Shown here in pieces: positions 39,727 through 48,008 of a stretch of 64,000 nt of DNA. Under the pieces are notes generated by a model. The model was not told where the DNA came from, did not search any database, and saw only the letters and a program-made list of their open reading frames with translations. Source of the stretch: an uncultured virus (IMG/VR IMGVR_UViG_3300017719_000001) (taxonomy: Duplodnaviria; Heunggongvirae; Uroviricota; Caudoviricetes); the IMG/VR virus record IMGVR_UViG_3300017719_000001. One strand, written 5' to 3'. The translations under genes and the position numbers were made by a program. The first letter of the stretch is position 1. The number at the start of each line of letters is the position of its first letter.

Positions 39727-40423
39727 TGTCTGATGTTACATCTAAAACGATGTTCGCATTAGGAGTTGAGCACGCAGTTCCAGCACCTGTTGCACAAGTT
39801 CCTGAAATTTGGTTTATATCGACGTCTCCGCCATCACCTACTAATGTAAACTCCAAATTTTGAGCACCATCATTTTGTAAAGTATTAATATCATTTGATC
39901 CCCCAGTAATATCCAGGTTCCAAACATTATCATCACTCTCCCAATCTACATCAAAAATGTTATTGTCTCCAATTAACACTAAATCAGCATCTAGTCTTTC
40001 TGCACTTGCTGCATAACCTTGATCTAAATCAAAAGTATTACTGTCTCCAGTTACACTAAAGTTTATATCAGAATCATCTGCACTACCGCTATATCCGATA
40101 TTCCAATCTATTTCGTTTGAATCACCTGAATAAGATAGTGTATAATTACTACTATCTGCTTCTAGCGGGCCAAACAAAATGTTTTGGTTACCTACGAAAT
40201 CTAGATCAAACATTAAACTAGACCCAGTAATATTCATTGAAGTACTGCCGCTTGAAAAATCGTCACCTCCAATTTTATTACCAAACCCAACTTGATCAAT
40301 ATACAACTCTAGTGTATCACCAGATTGTGTAATCTTAATTTCGTTATCATCAGTGGCTTGTGCGAAAACAAAAGATGTCGACACTAATAGACCCATAAGG
40401 GCTATACTATATAGTTTATTCAT
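39680..40423 (-). CDS. curlin-like secreted repeat protein (CsgA-like)
   Basis: Signal peptide; acidic beta-arch repeats (ITQSGD..IDQVGFGN, GDSNEID, GDSNTFD, GGSNDIN); directly after csgG. Confidence 0.72.
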   Translation of the reverse strand: MNKLYSIALMGLLVSTSFVFAQATDDNEIKITQSGDTLELYIDQVGFGNKIGGDDFSSGSTSMNITGSSLMFDLDFVGNQNILFGPLEADSSNYTLSYSGDSNEIDWNIGYSGSADDSDINFSVTGDSNTFDLDQGYAASAERLDADLVLIGDNNIFDVDWESDDNVWNLDITGGSNDINTLQNDGAQNLEFTLVGDGGDVDINQISGTCATGAGTACSTPNANIVLDVTSDNAIITITQKDGNGDS

Positions 40424-41381
40424 TTTCGTTATTTTCCTCTTTTATAGAATGTTTATCGTTTTTACCATCATGCTGATGGGGGTGTCGATGTCCATTCTCT
40501 ATTACCCAGAAGCCTCTATCATGGCCCTGGTATATTAGTTCCAGTACTCCAGCCTCAATGGCTGTTCGTACCGCATATGTCACACTCTCATTATTTCCCA
40601 CACCGTCTTCGTATTCAATTAATTGAGTTCCTTGCTCTATAAATCGGAAGACGTCTCCCGAACTTCCATAGCTTAAAACTGTCTTTCTTGATTGGACGTT
40701 TAATAATACTTCACCCGTTAGAACTGATACTGCTCTAATAGAAACAGTCACTACGTCCTTTCGGTATCGTTTAGAGAAACCAATTCCTAGTGTCCGTGCG
40801 CCTCGGCCACCCGTTAATAAATTGGTATCATATCCTATAATTCCACCTTCGATAATCATACCGGCGAACAAAAGTGGATTCAATTGTTGCGGGCCTTTCT
40901 TAGGATCCGCAAACTCAGTTCTAGCACTTCTAATAATCTGTCTTTCTCTTACCAGATTATCAATGCCTTGTCTTTCTACTACTCTGAACCAGGTACCACC
41001 ACCTGCAGTTTTCAGAGCGTCAATAATCATTTCTGTACCCCCTTGGGTAACAGCTGTTGAGAAGTCTGCTATGCCTTCTCTTGATTTTCTTTGGCCTGTT
41101 TTATCGCCAAAATTATATACTGCAACAATAGGTTTTTCTTTAGCATCTGGAAGATTTAATAAATCTATAAAAGACGGTAACCTTACAGCCTCTGCTACAT
41201 CAACGCAGATATATTTACGGGACATTGTTTTTTGAAGCCCCATCTGTAAATGTCTTTGATAACCTTCACTATACTTTCCTGCTTTATCATTGCAATCTTG
41301 TGGATCATTACTCCATTGTGGAACAGAAGCACAACCACTTATTAATAATGTTAATAGACTAGCCGTCAATATCTTGTGCAT
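40416..41381 (-). CDS. csgG: curli secretion channel lipoprotein
   Basis: Lipobox LISGC; AVYNFGDKTGQRK; FSTAVTQG; WFRVVERQGIDNLVRERQIIR; EGGIIGYDTN. Confidence 0.95.
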   Translation of the reverse strand: MHKILTASLLTLLISGCASVPQWSNDPQDCNDKAGKYSEGYQRHLQMGLQKTMSRKYICVDVAEAVRLPSFIDLLNLPDAKEKPIVAVYNFGDKTGQRKSREGIADFSTAVTQGGTEMIIDALKTAGGGTWFRVVERQGIDNLVRERQIIRSARTEFADPKKGPQQLNPLLFAGMIIEGGIIGYDTNLLTGGRGARTLGIGFSKRYRKDVVTVSIRAVSVLTGEVLLNVQSRKTVLSYGSSGDVFRFIEQGTQLIEYEDGVGNNESVTYAVRTAIEAGVLELIYQGHDRGFWVIENGHRHPHQHDGKNDKHSIKEENNENE

Positions 41382-41847
41382 AATTACCTGTTCCTACTGG
41401 AATCTCTATAACAGTTTCAGTCCCGTCTGAATCTACTATGGTCATTTTAATCCACTCACTGCCATCCTCTGCAGTAATTACTTCCCAAGTGACTACGTTA
41501 CCTTCTAAAGTAAATGAGCCAAATGAAGTAGCTGAATCATTCGAAAACATGGACTCCACTAGTTGTTTAGACATTTGAGCATATATTCTGCTTTCTAAAT
41601 TTCTAATGAATTTGGCCATTGTTGAATTATCAGCTTCTCTTTGTGCTGCCTTTTCAGCGGCCTCTAGAGCATCTCTAATAGCTTTCTTTCTACTTGATTC
41701 CTGATTTTCAATTGTTAAATAATGAGCACCAGTGCCTATTCCACTAAATGATGGATTTTTAAAAGTGTGTACTATGTCTGCAGACAATGCACTATTAAAA
41801 GTAAACATAAATAATACAAATCCACTTATTCTTATTTTATTTTTCAT
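41359..41847 (-). CDS. csgF: curli assembly component
   Basis: Signal peptide then IVHTFKNPSFSG (cf. CsgF FQFRNPNFGG); FIRNLESRIYAQ; adjacent to csgG. Confidence 0.88.
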   Translation of the reverse strand: MKNKIRISGFVLFMFTFNSALSADIVHTFKNPSFSGIGTGAHYLTIENQESSRKKAIRDALEAAEKAAQREADNSTMAKFIRNLESRIYAQMSKQLVESMFSNDSATSFGSFTLEGNVVTWEVITAEDGSEWIKMTIVDSDGTETVIEIPVGTGNYAQDIDG

Positions 41848-42109
41848 TCAATTCTCCCTTCTTTTGCTTTTGCCTTTCTCTATATTCTAATACAACATTA
41901 ACTTTCTGCTGTAATCTGATCATATCTTGATCTAACATTCTGGTCTGATCAATTACTCTAATAAGTGCTATATGCATTTCATCTAGTTGTGGTTCAATAT
42001 GATCACCTATAAATTTCCAAACATAATATATAAAGTACCCAAGGCCAACAGCCATTACAATAGGAAATCCATATTGGGAAATCATATCGGATATTCCTAA
42101 TTCCGGCAT
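41837..42109 (-). CDS. small membrane protein (TM + coiled coil)
   Basis: YGFPIVMAVGLGYFIYYVW then helical tail. Confidence 0.7.
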   Translation of the reverse strand: MPELGISDMISQYGFPIVMAVGLGYFIYYVWKFIGDHIEPQLDEMHIALIRVIDQTRMLDQDMIRLQQKVNVVLEYRERQKQKKGELNEK

Positions 42110-42405
42110 TAATCTCTCCTCACATCAAGTTTGCCGTCTTCAACAAAGTTTTCGGCTCTAGCTATTCTATCAATATCTGGCTTTAAATCTAATGCACTTG
42201 ATACTAATAAATCTATTTTTATAATCTCATTACTCATTGTTCTTGCTCTATTTTCAAGAGATTTACAAAAGAGAGTAAGTGTTTTAATTTGATCTACAAT
42301 GCCTTCTAGTATTTGTTTTATTACTAGAAATATAAAAAACCCCATAACAAGACTTCCTGCTATAGGGGCTCCGACTTCGCCTATTAATTTAAATATCTCA
42401 CCCAT
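42109..42405 (-). CDS. small membrane protein (TM + coiled coil), probable paralog of neighbour
   Basis: VGAPIAGSLVMGFFIFLVI then helical tail. Confidence 0.7.
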   Translation of the reverse strand: MGEIFKLIGEVGAPIAGSLVMGFFIFLVIKQILEGIVDQIKTLTLFCKSLENRARTMSNEIIKIDLLVSSALDLKPDIDRIARAENFVEDGKLDVRRD

Positions 42406-42410
42406 ACTTA

Positions 42411-42418
42411 TATTTATA
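42411..42418 (-). promoter_or_regulatory. late promoter heading the curli operon
   Basis: TATAAATA-TAAGT-ATG. Confidence 0.72.
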
Positions 42419-42435
42419 AGGTATAGGTCTTAAGC

Positions 42436-42630
42436 TTAGTTTATGCTAGTTAAATTGAGCTCTTCTAAACTTTTATGCCAGTCTGAGTATCTAAAAAGTC
42501 CTTGCTTTTCGTGACACCAGTACCAACCTTTGCTTTCTTGTTCTTCTTGTGGAATACTAGATTCGACCTTTAAAGGTCCTCTAGTCTGACCATAAGTCTT
42601 TCTGCTCTGTTCGTTACTTGCTTGTACCAT
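42436..42630 (-). CDS. possible small protein overlapping the endolysin 3' end
   Basis: Open frame fills the gap (..GWYWCHEKQGLFRYSDW..); start uncertain. Confidence 0.35.
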   Translation of the reverse strand: MVQASNEQSRKTYGQTRGPLKVESSIPQEEQESKGWYWCHEKQGLFRYSDWHKSLEELNLTSIN

Positions 42631-43040
42631 CTTGAATCTCTGCCTTCTACAGCAGCCTCCTTCCAATCACCACATTGCAGCGCTGCGTTGTGCTTTTTAA
42701 ATTTACTTAAGCGCGTAAGTCCCATATTGAACATCATGTTCGCAATAACTTGTTTTACTTCTTGAGGATATCCATCCCATGCATCGTGTAATTTTTTACA
42801 ATCACTAATAACTGATTCAACATCTTTTGCAAAGCAATCATCTACTCTTTCTTCTGATACTGGTGTTCCGACAGAAGCACCACTTTCTTCATCGTTATCA
42901 AGCACAAGATGGCCGATACCAAAAGTAGGATAACCGAGATGGTCATGATAAATTTCATATACAACACCTTCATCAATTTTTAAAGTTTCTTTTAATTGAT
43001 CAATGTCAATCACTGTTTTTTCTTGTCTATTCCAAATCAT
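42570..43040 (-). CDS. e: T4-type lysozyme (GH24 endolysin)
   Basis: DEG..YEIYHDHLGYPTFGIGHL (E/D/T triad); NMMFNMG; DSRWYKQVTNRAERL. Confidence 0.93.
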   Translation of the reverse strand: MIWNRQEKTVIDIDQLKETLKIDEGVVYEIYHDHLGYPTFGIGHLVLDNDEESGASVGTPVSEERVDDCFAKDVESVISDCKKLHDAWDGYPQEVKQVIANMMFNMGLTRLSKFKKHNAALQCGDWKEAAVEGRDSRWYKQVTNRAERLMVRLEDL

Positions 43041-43049
43041 TTTTGTCTC

Positions 43050-44846
43050 CTATGTAATGCTTATGGTAAAATCTTGTAAACCTGTCTTGGTTCCATTATC
43101 TGTGATCCAATTATAAATGTAATTATTAGTAGTAGATGGAGAATTAATAATGAAGCTCAAATTTGCAGTGGGTATTATCTGGCCTGATGCTTGAGAAGAT
43201 GTAAGAGTACTGTATGAATACCCCGAACTGCTACTGGTTAGAGTTAGTGTATTGCTGTGACTGGTATTATTGGTCTTTGTTAAGACTATTGAAGTCCAAT
43301 CGGTATTTCCCAAAATATCATTTTGATTGGCGCTAGCTGGAGTAAATCTGCATATAAGGTTTGTCCCAGCAGGTGTAGCATAAGCTATGGAAGCTTCTGT
43401 TAATACCTGATTAGTGCCATCAATGCTAAATGTTCTTCCTAGTGCAGTGGATGGTGTAAAGGAACCATATGCACTACTCGCCTGCAAGCCTTGCATGTAA
43501 ACATATTCAACAATAGCACCATACACAGCAGCACCTCTATATGGATAAAAATCACCATTACTAGCAGAAGAAATGAAGACACTAGTAACACCAGCAGCAC
43601 TGCCATCATCTTCAGTATCTCTATAATCCGAAATAGACACATCAGATAATGAAGAAGCTATTGTAGAAGATGTATTACCTGCAGCGACATAAGTGCCGCC
43701 TTTTATATAATCACTCATTTTTACATCTGAGCTATCCGCTCCACCATGTTCTTCAGCAACTCCATTATTATAAGATGTAGATGCAACTGGGCCCTTAATA
43801 CTAATACTAAGAGAGCTATTTGGATAATTTACAAATGTTTCAACTTGGGAATCGGTCAGGCCTGACCAAAGAAAACCTAATACATTGTTTACATTAGCAG
43901 TAATTTGTCCCCATACTACATCTCCGCCCGAGGGTGCAATGCCGCTCTGACCTGATGAATGGCTAACACCTGATAAGCCACTAGTTAAAACCGTAGAACT
44001 ACCACTAAATTCTATATGCGAAAATATATTATCTGCATCTAGGCCTGTGCCAGAACCTAATGGGTATATACCCTGTGCTTGAGTATTACTATAGTAAGTA
44101 CCTTCGCGGTAAATAGCCAAGTATATAAAATTACCTATATTAGAACTTGTTCTATGACTACCAGAATACGGCCCGAGTTTGTTCGGAAAATTACCAGTAG
44201 TATATACGTTTTTTCCGCCTATAAATTGTAATACATGCCAAACCTCTCCATTGGTCGCTGTAAAGCTTAGGGTGCTTGTATTGCTTACTGATCCTATAGA
44301 ACCACTAGTGTTGAAAGTAATATCTTGGCCGTGATGGGTAAGGCCTTGATAAGAAAATGTTTGATGCAAGGTTTCAGGTAATTGGTTGGGGCTTGGAACG
44401 CCTCCATTGGGTGGTATTCCACCATAGGTTGAACCACTTGACTTCATGATTTCTGATCTGTTACTAGACCATGGAGATCCAGAGAATGTTGTACTTGGGC
44501 CTAATGAGGCACCTGAGGAACTTCCAGGCGCACCAGAGTCACAGAGCATACCACGAGCTCCAGGGCCAATACTGCTTCCATTAACTGAAAGACTGCCGCT
44601 ATAGCCCATACTCAATGAGTATCCATGAAGCCATCCTCCTGTTAAATTTTTAATATATCTTGTATAGTATGTATATCCGCCGAATGGGTTACCACTATAT
44701 GCAATCTCAGTCCAGGCCTGTAGAGTATTAAATGAAGTGGTTCCTACAGTAATATCAATATCTGTAAGCGTGGGTGCCTGAGTTACTGTAGGGTTACTAC
44801 CAGCATCTTGCAGGCCTATAGGATATCCAACAGGTACAATGGCCAT
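43050..44846 (-). CDS. Ser/Gly/Thr-rich protein, probable virion or receptor-binding protein
   Basis: 598 aa low-charge beta-type composition; downstream of late promoter. Confidence 0.5.
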   Translation of the reverse strand: MAIVPVGYPIGLQDAGSNPTVTQAPTLTDIDITVGTTSFNTLQAWTEIAYSGNPFGGYTYYTRYIKNLTGGWLHGYSLSMGYSGSLSVNGSSIGPGARGMLCDSGAPGSSSGASLGPSTTFSGSPWSSNRSEIMKSSGSTYGGIPPNGGVPSPNQLPETLHQTFSYQGLTHHGQDITFNTSGSIGSVSNTSTLSFTATNGEVWHVLQFIGGKNVYTTGNFPNKLGPYSGSHRTSSNIGNFIYLAIYREGTYYSNTQAQGIYPLGSGTGLDADNIFSHIEFSGSSTVLTSGLSGVSHSSGQSGIAPSGGDVVWGQITANVNNVLGFLWSGLTDSQVETFVNYPNSSLSISIKGPVASTSYNNGVAEEHGGADSSDVKMSDYIKGGTYVAAGNTSSTIASSLSDVSISDYRDTEDDGSAAGVTSVFISSASNGDFYPYRGAAVYGAIVEYVYMQGLQASSAYGSFTPSTALGRTFSIDGTNQVLTEASIAYATPAGTNLICRFTPASANQNDILGNTDWTSIVLTKTNNTSHSNTLTLTSSSSGYSYSTLTSSQASGQIIPTANLSFIINSPSTTNNYIYNWITDNGTKTGLQDFTISIT

Positions 44847-45112
44847 TATTTAATTATCTCCGTAATTAAATCCTCGAATTGTTCTATCTTTTCAACCCTA
44901 TTAGGCCAAAGTATATATTCTTTTTCGGGATTTTTCTTTAAATTGCTAAGGAGAGGTAATATAGAATTATATAATTTATTGAGCTTATTTTCAAGCTCTT
45001 GAGCAGTTTCTGATGCACTTGATGCTTGAGATTTAACGGACTGGACTGCTTCCAGTTCATTTTCATCTACTGCAGTAAAACCAAAATCAAAGTCTAAAAG
45101 ATTATCTGTCAT
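44846..45112 (-). CDS. hypothetical protein
   Basis: FDFGFTAVDENEL; PLLSNLKKNPEKEYILWPNR; GAGG RBS. Confidence 0.7.
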   Translation of the reverse strand: MTDNLLDFDFGFTAVDENELEAVQSVKSQASSASETAQELENKLNKLYNSILPLLSNLKKNPEKEYILWPNRVEKIEQFEDLITEIIK

Positions 45113-45116
45113 AAAA

Positions 45117-45272
45117 CTATTCCTCTTGTATAGTCTTATTTATAATATTTTTAGCCTCTTTCCTATCATTTTTCTTTTTTTTATCTTCTACGACCTGATG
45201 TCGCTTGAACGGACTATCTTGATCAAATAAAACTTTATGGAACCTTGTTTTTGGCACTTTCGTCTTCGCCAT
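45117..45272 (-). CDS. small basic protein (51 aa)
   Basis: Manual: MAKTKVPKTRFHKVLFDQDSPFKRHQVVEDKKKKNDRKEAKNIINKTIQEE; GAGG RBS. Confidence 0.55.
   Translation of the reverse strand: MAKTKVPKTRFHKVLFDQDSPFKRHQVVEDKKKKNDRKEAKNIINKTIQEE
45137..45144 (-). promoter_or_regulatory. late promoter TATAAATA
   Basis: Exact consensus upstream of the 45112-44846-lysozyme run. Confidence 0.6.
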
Positions 45273-45432
45273 ATCTACCTCTATCACGATTACCATCGCC
45301 GTTTAATTCGGTCATATCTTGCTGCTTGTGCTTTTGATTTTTACTATTGAAGATAGCATCCCAATTATCTTGGTATTTTTTAGAGTCGGTAGGTCTTTGT
45401 TTACTACCCTTGCCTCCATGCCAATTACTCAT
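45235..45432 (-). CDS. hypothetical protein
   Basis: WHGGKGSKQRP..Y.DNWDAIF motif. Confidence 0.65.
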   Translation of the reverse strand: MSNWHGGKGSKQRPTDSKKYQDNWDAIFNSKNQKHKQQDMTELNGDGNRDRGRYGEDESAKNKVP

Positions 45433-45638
45433 TATGATTTATCTACCCAATCAATTGAAATGTTTCTACGTACTAATTCATTAATACATTTTTGTTTTAA
45501 TTTAGCAGTAGAATTGCTTTTATTAATTGTTTCAAAAAGCTCTTCTTTAGGTGTATTCCTAATATAGAATCTTTGAATTGATTTCTTACCTGTACCTCTT
45601 TCTACGGTTACATGGTCTGGTTTAAATTTTACTGGCAT
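45432..45638 (-). CDS. hypothetical protein
   Basis: 68 aa, GGAG RBS. Confidence 0.6.
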   Translation of the reverse strand: MPVKFKPDHVTVERGTGKKSIQRFYIRNTPKEELFETINKSNSTAKLKQKCINELVRRNISIDWVDKS

Positions 45639-45640
45639 AA

Positions 45641-46222
45641 TTACTCCTCTCCAATAATATGTTTATATATTTGTTTCCACTTCCAAAACCTTGGAATTGG
45701 CCCATTAACTTCGTCTGCATTGTGATCATGAGCTACTAGAATTGAATTTAATCCTAATGCTGCACCAACCTTAGCGTTTTCTGGTTTATCTTCAACCCAG
45801 AAGCATCCAGTGTCTTTATATTCTGCAAGAGCTTCATCTTTATCAGCACCACATGGTAAATAAACATATTCATCAAAGATTTCTTTACCAAACAATAACT
45901 CTAAGTTTTGTGTTCTCAACCTTTGTGCATATTTATTAGTAGAAAGTGAAGTAATGCAATGGAACCTAAATCCATGCAACATGTTCAATCTTTTCATATA
46001 ATAAACTGCATCCCTTAAAGGAGGCAAGAAAGCAATTGCTGCAGAGTCATTAAACTCTTTTACATAGTTATGGTCTCTATTAAGTCCGAATCTCTTTGCC
46101 ACATTATATTGTGATTCATCAACCGTAGGTATGCCCTTGTGATGCATCCATTGTGTAAATGAATATTCCCAATCACATAATACACCGTCGCAATCAACTA
46201 AAATTATATTGTCTTTCATCAA
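45641..46222 (-). CDS. HAD-family 5'(3')-deoxyribonucleotidase-like protein
   Basis: ILVDCDGVL motif I; ITS motif II; WVEDK motif IV. Confidence 0.8.
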   Translation of the reverse strand: MMKDNIILVDCDGVLCDWEYSFTQWMHHKGIPTVDESQYNVAKRFGLNRDHNYVKEFNDSAAIAFLPPLRDAVYYMKRLNMLHGFRFHCITSLSTNKYAQRLRTQNLELLFGKEIFDEYVYLPCGADKDEALAEYKDTGCFWVEDKPENAKVGAALGLNSILVAHDHNADEVNGPIPRFWKWKQIYKHIIGEE

Positions 46223-46455
46223 TGGAACACTCTTTCCTTACCATCTACTAATAAATGGCTAATTGATACCTTTCCAATTGGATTCATAAGTCCAAAATCT
46301 GGTAACTGTTTACACATAGAATCCCAATCATCTGCATCATGCGACAACGCAAGTTCTGTTAAACTTGGTGGCACGGGCAGAGTTAAAATGGCTGAGTCAC
46401 TGACTTTACCATTAATAATTGGTTTTCCGACTATTTTTACTTTTACTTTATTCAT
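46219..46455 (-). CDS. hypothetical early protein
   Basis: 78 aa, first gene after promoter. Confidence 0.6.
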   Translation of the reverse strand: MNKVKVKIVGKPIINGKVSDSAILTLPVPPSLTELALSHDADDWDSMCKQLPDFGLMNPIGKVSISHLLVDGKERVFH

Positions 46456-46477
46456 AATTTCCCTTATTTATGTGTAT

Positions 46478-46506
46478 ATTATAACACTTAATACAAGGGC
46501 TGTCAA
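46478..46506 (-). promoter_or_regulatory. early-type sigma70 promoter
   Basis: Perfect TTGACA-17 nt-TATAAT. Confidence 0.85.
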
Positions 46507-46520
46507 CACGTTTCTGTAAA

Positions 46521-46721
46521 TTAATTTTTAAAGTGCTTTTTAATTGTTTCTAGTTTATCTTCGGCTTCTGCAATTTTAGCAATCTGAGTTTCAATTGATT
46601 CTACTATATCAGAGTGCTCTCCAATACCTGCAGAATTTCTTTGATATACCATAACATTGGCTTTGCCTACTGCAATTTCGCCTTCAAGTTTTGCACATAG
46701 TGCTTCTAATAGATAGTTCAT
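46521..46721 (-). CDS. small hypothetical protein
   Basis: Start MNYLLEAL (ATGA-coupled); GIGEHSDIVE motif. Confidence 0.7.
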   Translation of the reverse strand: MNYLLEALCAKLEGEIAVGKANVMVYQRNSAGIGEHSDIVESIETQIAKIAEAEDKLETIKKHFKN

Positions 46722-47239
46722 GCTACAAAATCCTCTCCTGGATTCCACTCACAACCAGTTAATCCACCGGCTTTAAGAGCTTGTAAAGTCCTTAATACTT
46801 CTTTTGCGTTTCGGCCTGTATCCAATGCATTCATTGATGCATGTTGAATTACTCTGTTTTTATCAAAGATAAATGTGGCTCTATAAGCAACACCTTCTTC
46901 ACGATTAACAGCACCTAACTGCCATGCCAATTTAAGGCCACAATCTGCAGCAAGGGTGTGTTTAATATTTCCAATTAATTCATTATCATTCTTCCATGCT
47001 AGTTTACAAAACTCATTGTCGCCACTAATACCAACAACATTTGCTTCATCTACCAACATATCCATTGCGGCAATTTCAGTTGGACAAATAAATGTAAAGT
47101 CCTTAGGATAGTAATATACTACCGTCCAATCATGTTTTAATGGTTGATAATTTTCTTCCACTTTAAAACTCACAAATTCATTGTTTTGATCAATTCCCTG
47201 CAGTGAGCATACAGGAAACATTTCTCCTACTGATAACAT
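46718..47239 (-). CDS. ahpC: 2-Cys peroxiredoxin
   Basis: YPKDFTFICPTEI; RATFI; GRN..EVLR.LQAL; resolving Cys GCEW. Confidence 0.92.
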   Translation of the reverse strand: MLSVGEMFPVCSLQGIDQNNEFVSFKVEENYQPLKHDWTVVYYYPKDFTFICPTEIAAMDMLVDEANVVGISGDNEFCKLAWKNDNELIGNIKHTLAADCGLKLAWQLGAVNREEGVAYRATFIFDKNRVIQHASMNALDTGRNAKEVLRTLQALKAGGLTGCEWNPGEDFVA

Positions 47240-47242
47240 ATT

Positions 47243-47917
47243 TTATCTCCCAAATAGTTTTTCGCGTCTATAATCATTAATCACATTCCATAATTTTTCA
47301 GTCCAGTTGTCTCTATGTTCAATAAAAACTTGGGGTTCTTCATTATCTACAGCAATTAACACTACCAATTGAGTAATGGGTTTACCAGTCCTTTCTTCCC
47401 ACATAATGGAATATGCACAACATTGCATAAAGTAACTGTCAATCCACTCCTTCTTTTTTAATTTACGGGATGTTTTATAATCCACAATGGCATCTTTACC
47501 ATCCCATACACCAACACAATCCACTCTACCTGCCAGACCTAAATGTTCTGAAAATAGTGGAGCTTCTTGTGCGTAGACTTTATTCAGTCTAGTGTCCAGA
47601 ACATCCTTAACATCAAGAAATGATTGTAGGATATGTGGCATTACACCTTTGGCGTAATCTGGATCATTGTCCACATACTTTTCCAGCAGATTGTGTACTG
47701 CTGTGCCGCGGGTAGAGGCCGTTCTACTTATTCGATTGGCCTCTTCCGCACCGACTCTTTTTCTCCATTCTGCAATAGAATCGCGAGAAAGTAAAGACAG
47801 AACCGTAGTGATACTCGGATACTCTTTACCATTAGGGGAAATATATTTCCTACCTGTGGATTTTGTTTCACACTTTAGGTCTTCGTATCCTAAATCAACT
47901 GGTTCATGTATAAACAT
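47243..47917 (-). CDS. PD-(D/E)xK exonuclease
   Basis: YPSITTVL; RGTAVH; LAGRVDC; IVDYKTS; YFMQ..AY. Confidence 0.88.
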   Translation of the reverse strand: MFIHEPVDLGYEDLKCETKSTGRKYISPNGKEYPSITTVLSLLSRDSIAEWRKRVGAEEANRISRTASTRGTAVHNLLEKYVDNDPDYAKGVMPHILQSFLDVKDVLDTRLNKVYAQEAPLFSEHLGLAGRVDCVGVWDGKDAIVDYKTSRKLKKKEWIDSYFMQCCAYSIMWEERTGKPITQLVVLIAVDNEEPQVFIEHRDNWTEKLWNVINDYRREKLFGR

Positions 47918-47918
47918 C

Positions 47919-48008
47919 TTATTTCTTTACTCCTGCAAATTTATTGCATACTTTATTTAGTCTTCCCGATTTCATAAATTTGTGAAATCTTTTCCATATT
48001 TTTTTCAT
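47919..48008 (-). CDS. small basic peptide (29 aa)
   Basis: Manual: MKKIWKRFHKFMKSGRLNKVCNKFAGVKK; ATGA-coupled to phoH. Confidence 0.5.
   Translation of the reverse strand: MKKIWKRFHKFMKSGRLNKVCNKFAGVKK

Noticed and set aside
36057..42418. Curli operon as host contamination or chimeric assembly
   Set aside because: It is flanked by phage genes and carries two T4-type late promoter boxes with the same 5-nt spacing as structural genes; read mapping would settle it
42560..42580. prfB-like +1 frameshift at lysozyme end (CTT TAA)
   Set aside because: The +1 frame stops after five codons; the open downstream frame is -1 and lacks a good slippery heptamer
47243..47917. Cas4 / CRISPR system
   Set aside because: No Fe-S cysteine cluster pattern, no other cas genes and no repeat-spacer array seen; fits a T4-like exonuclease
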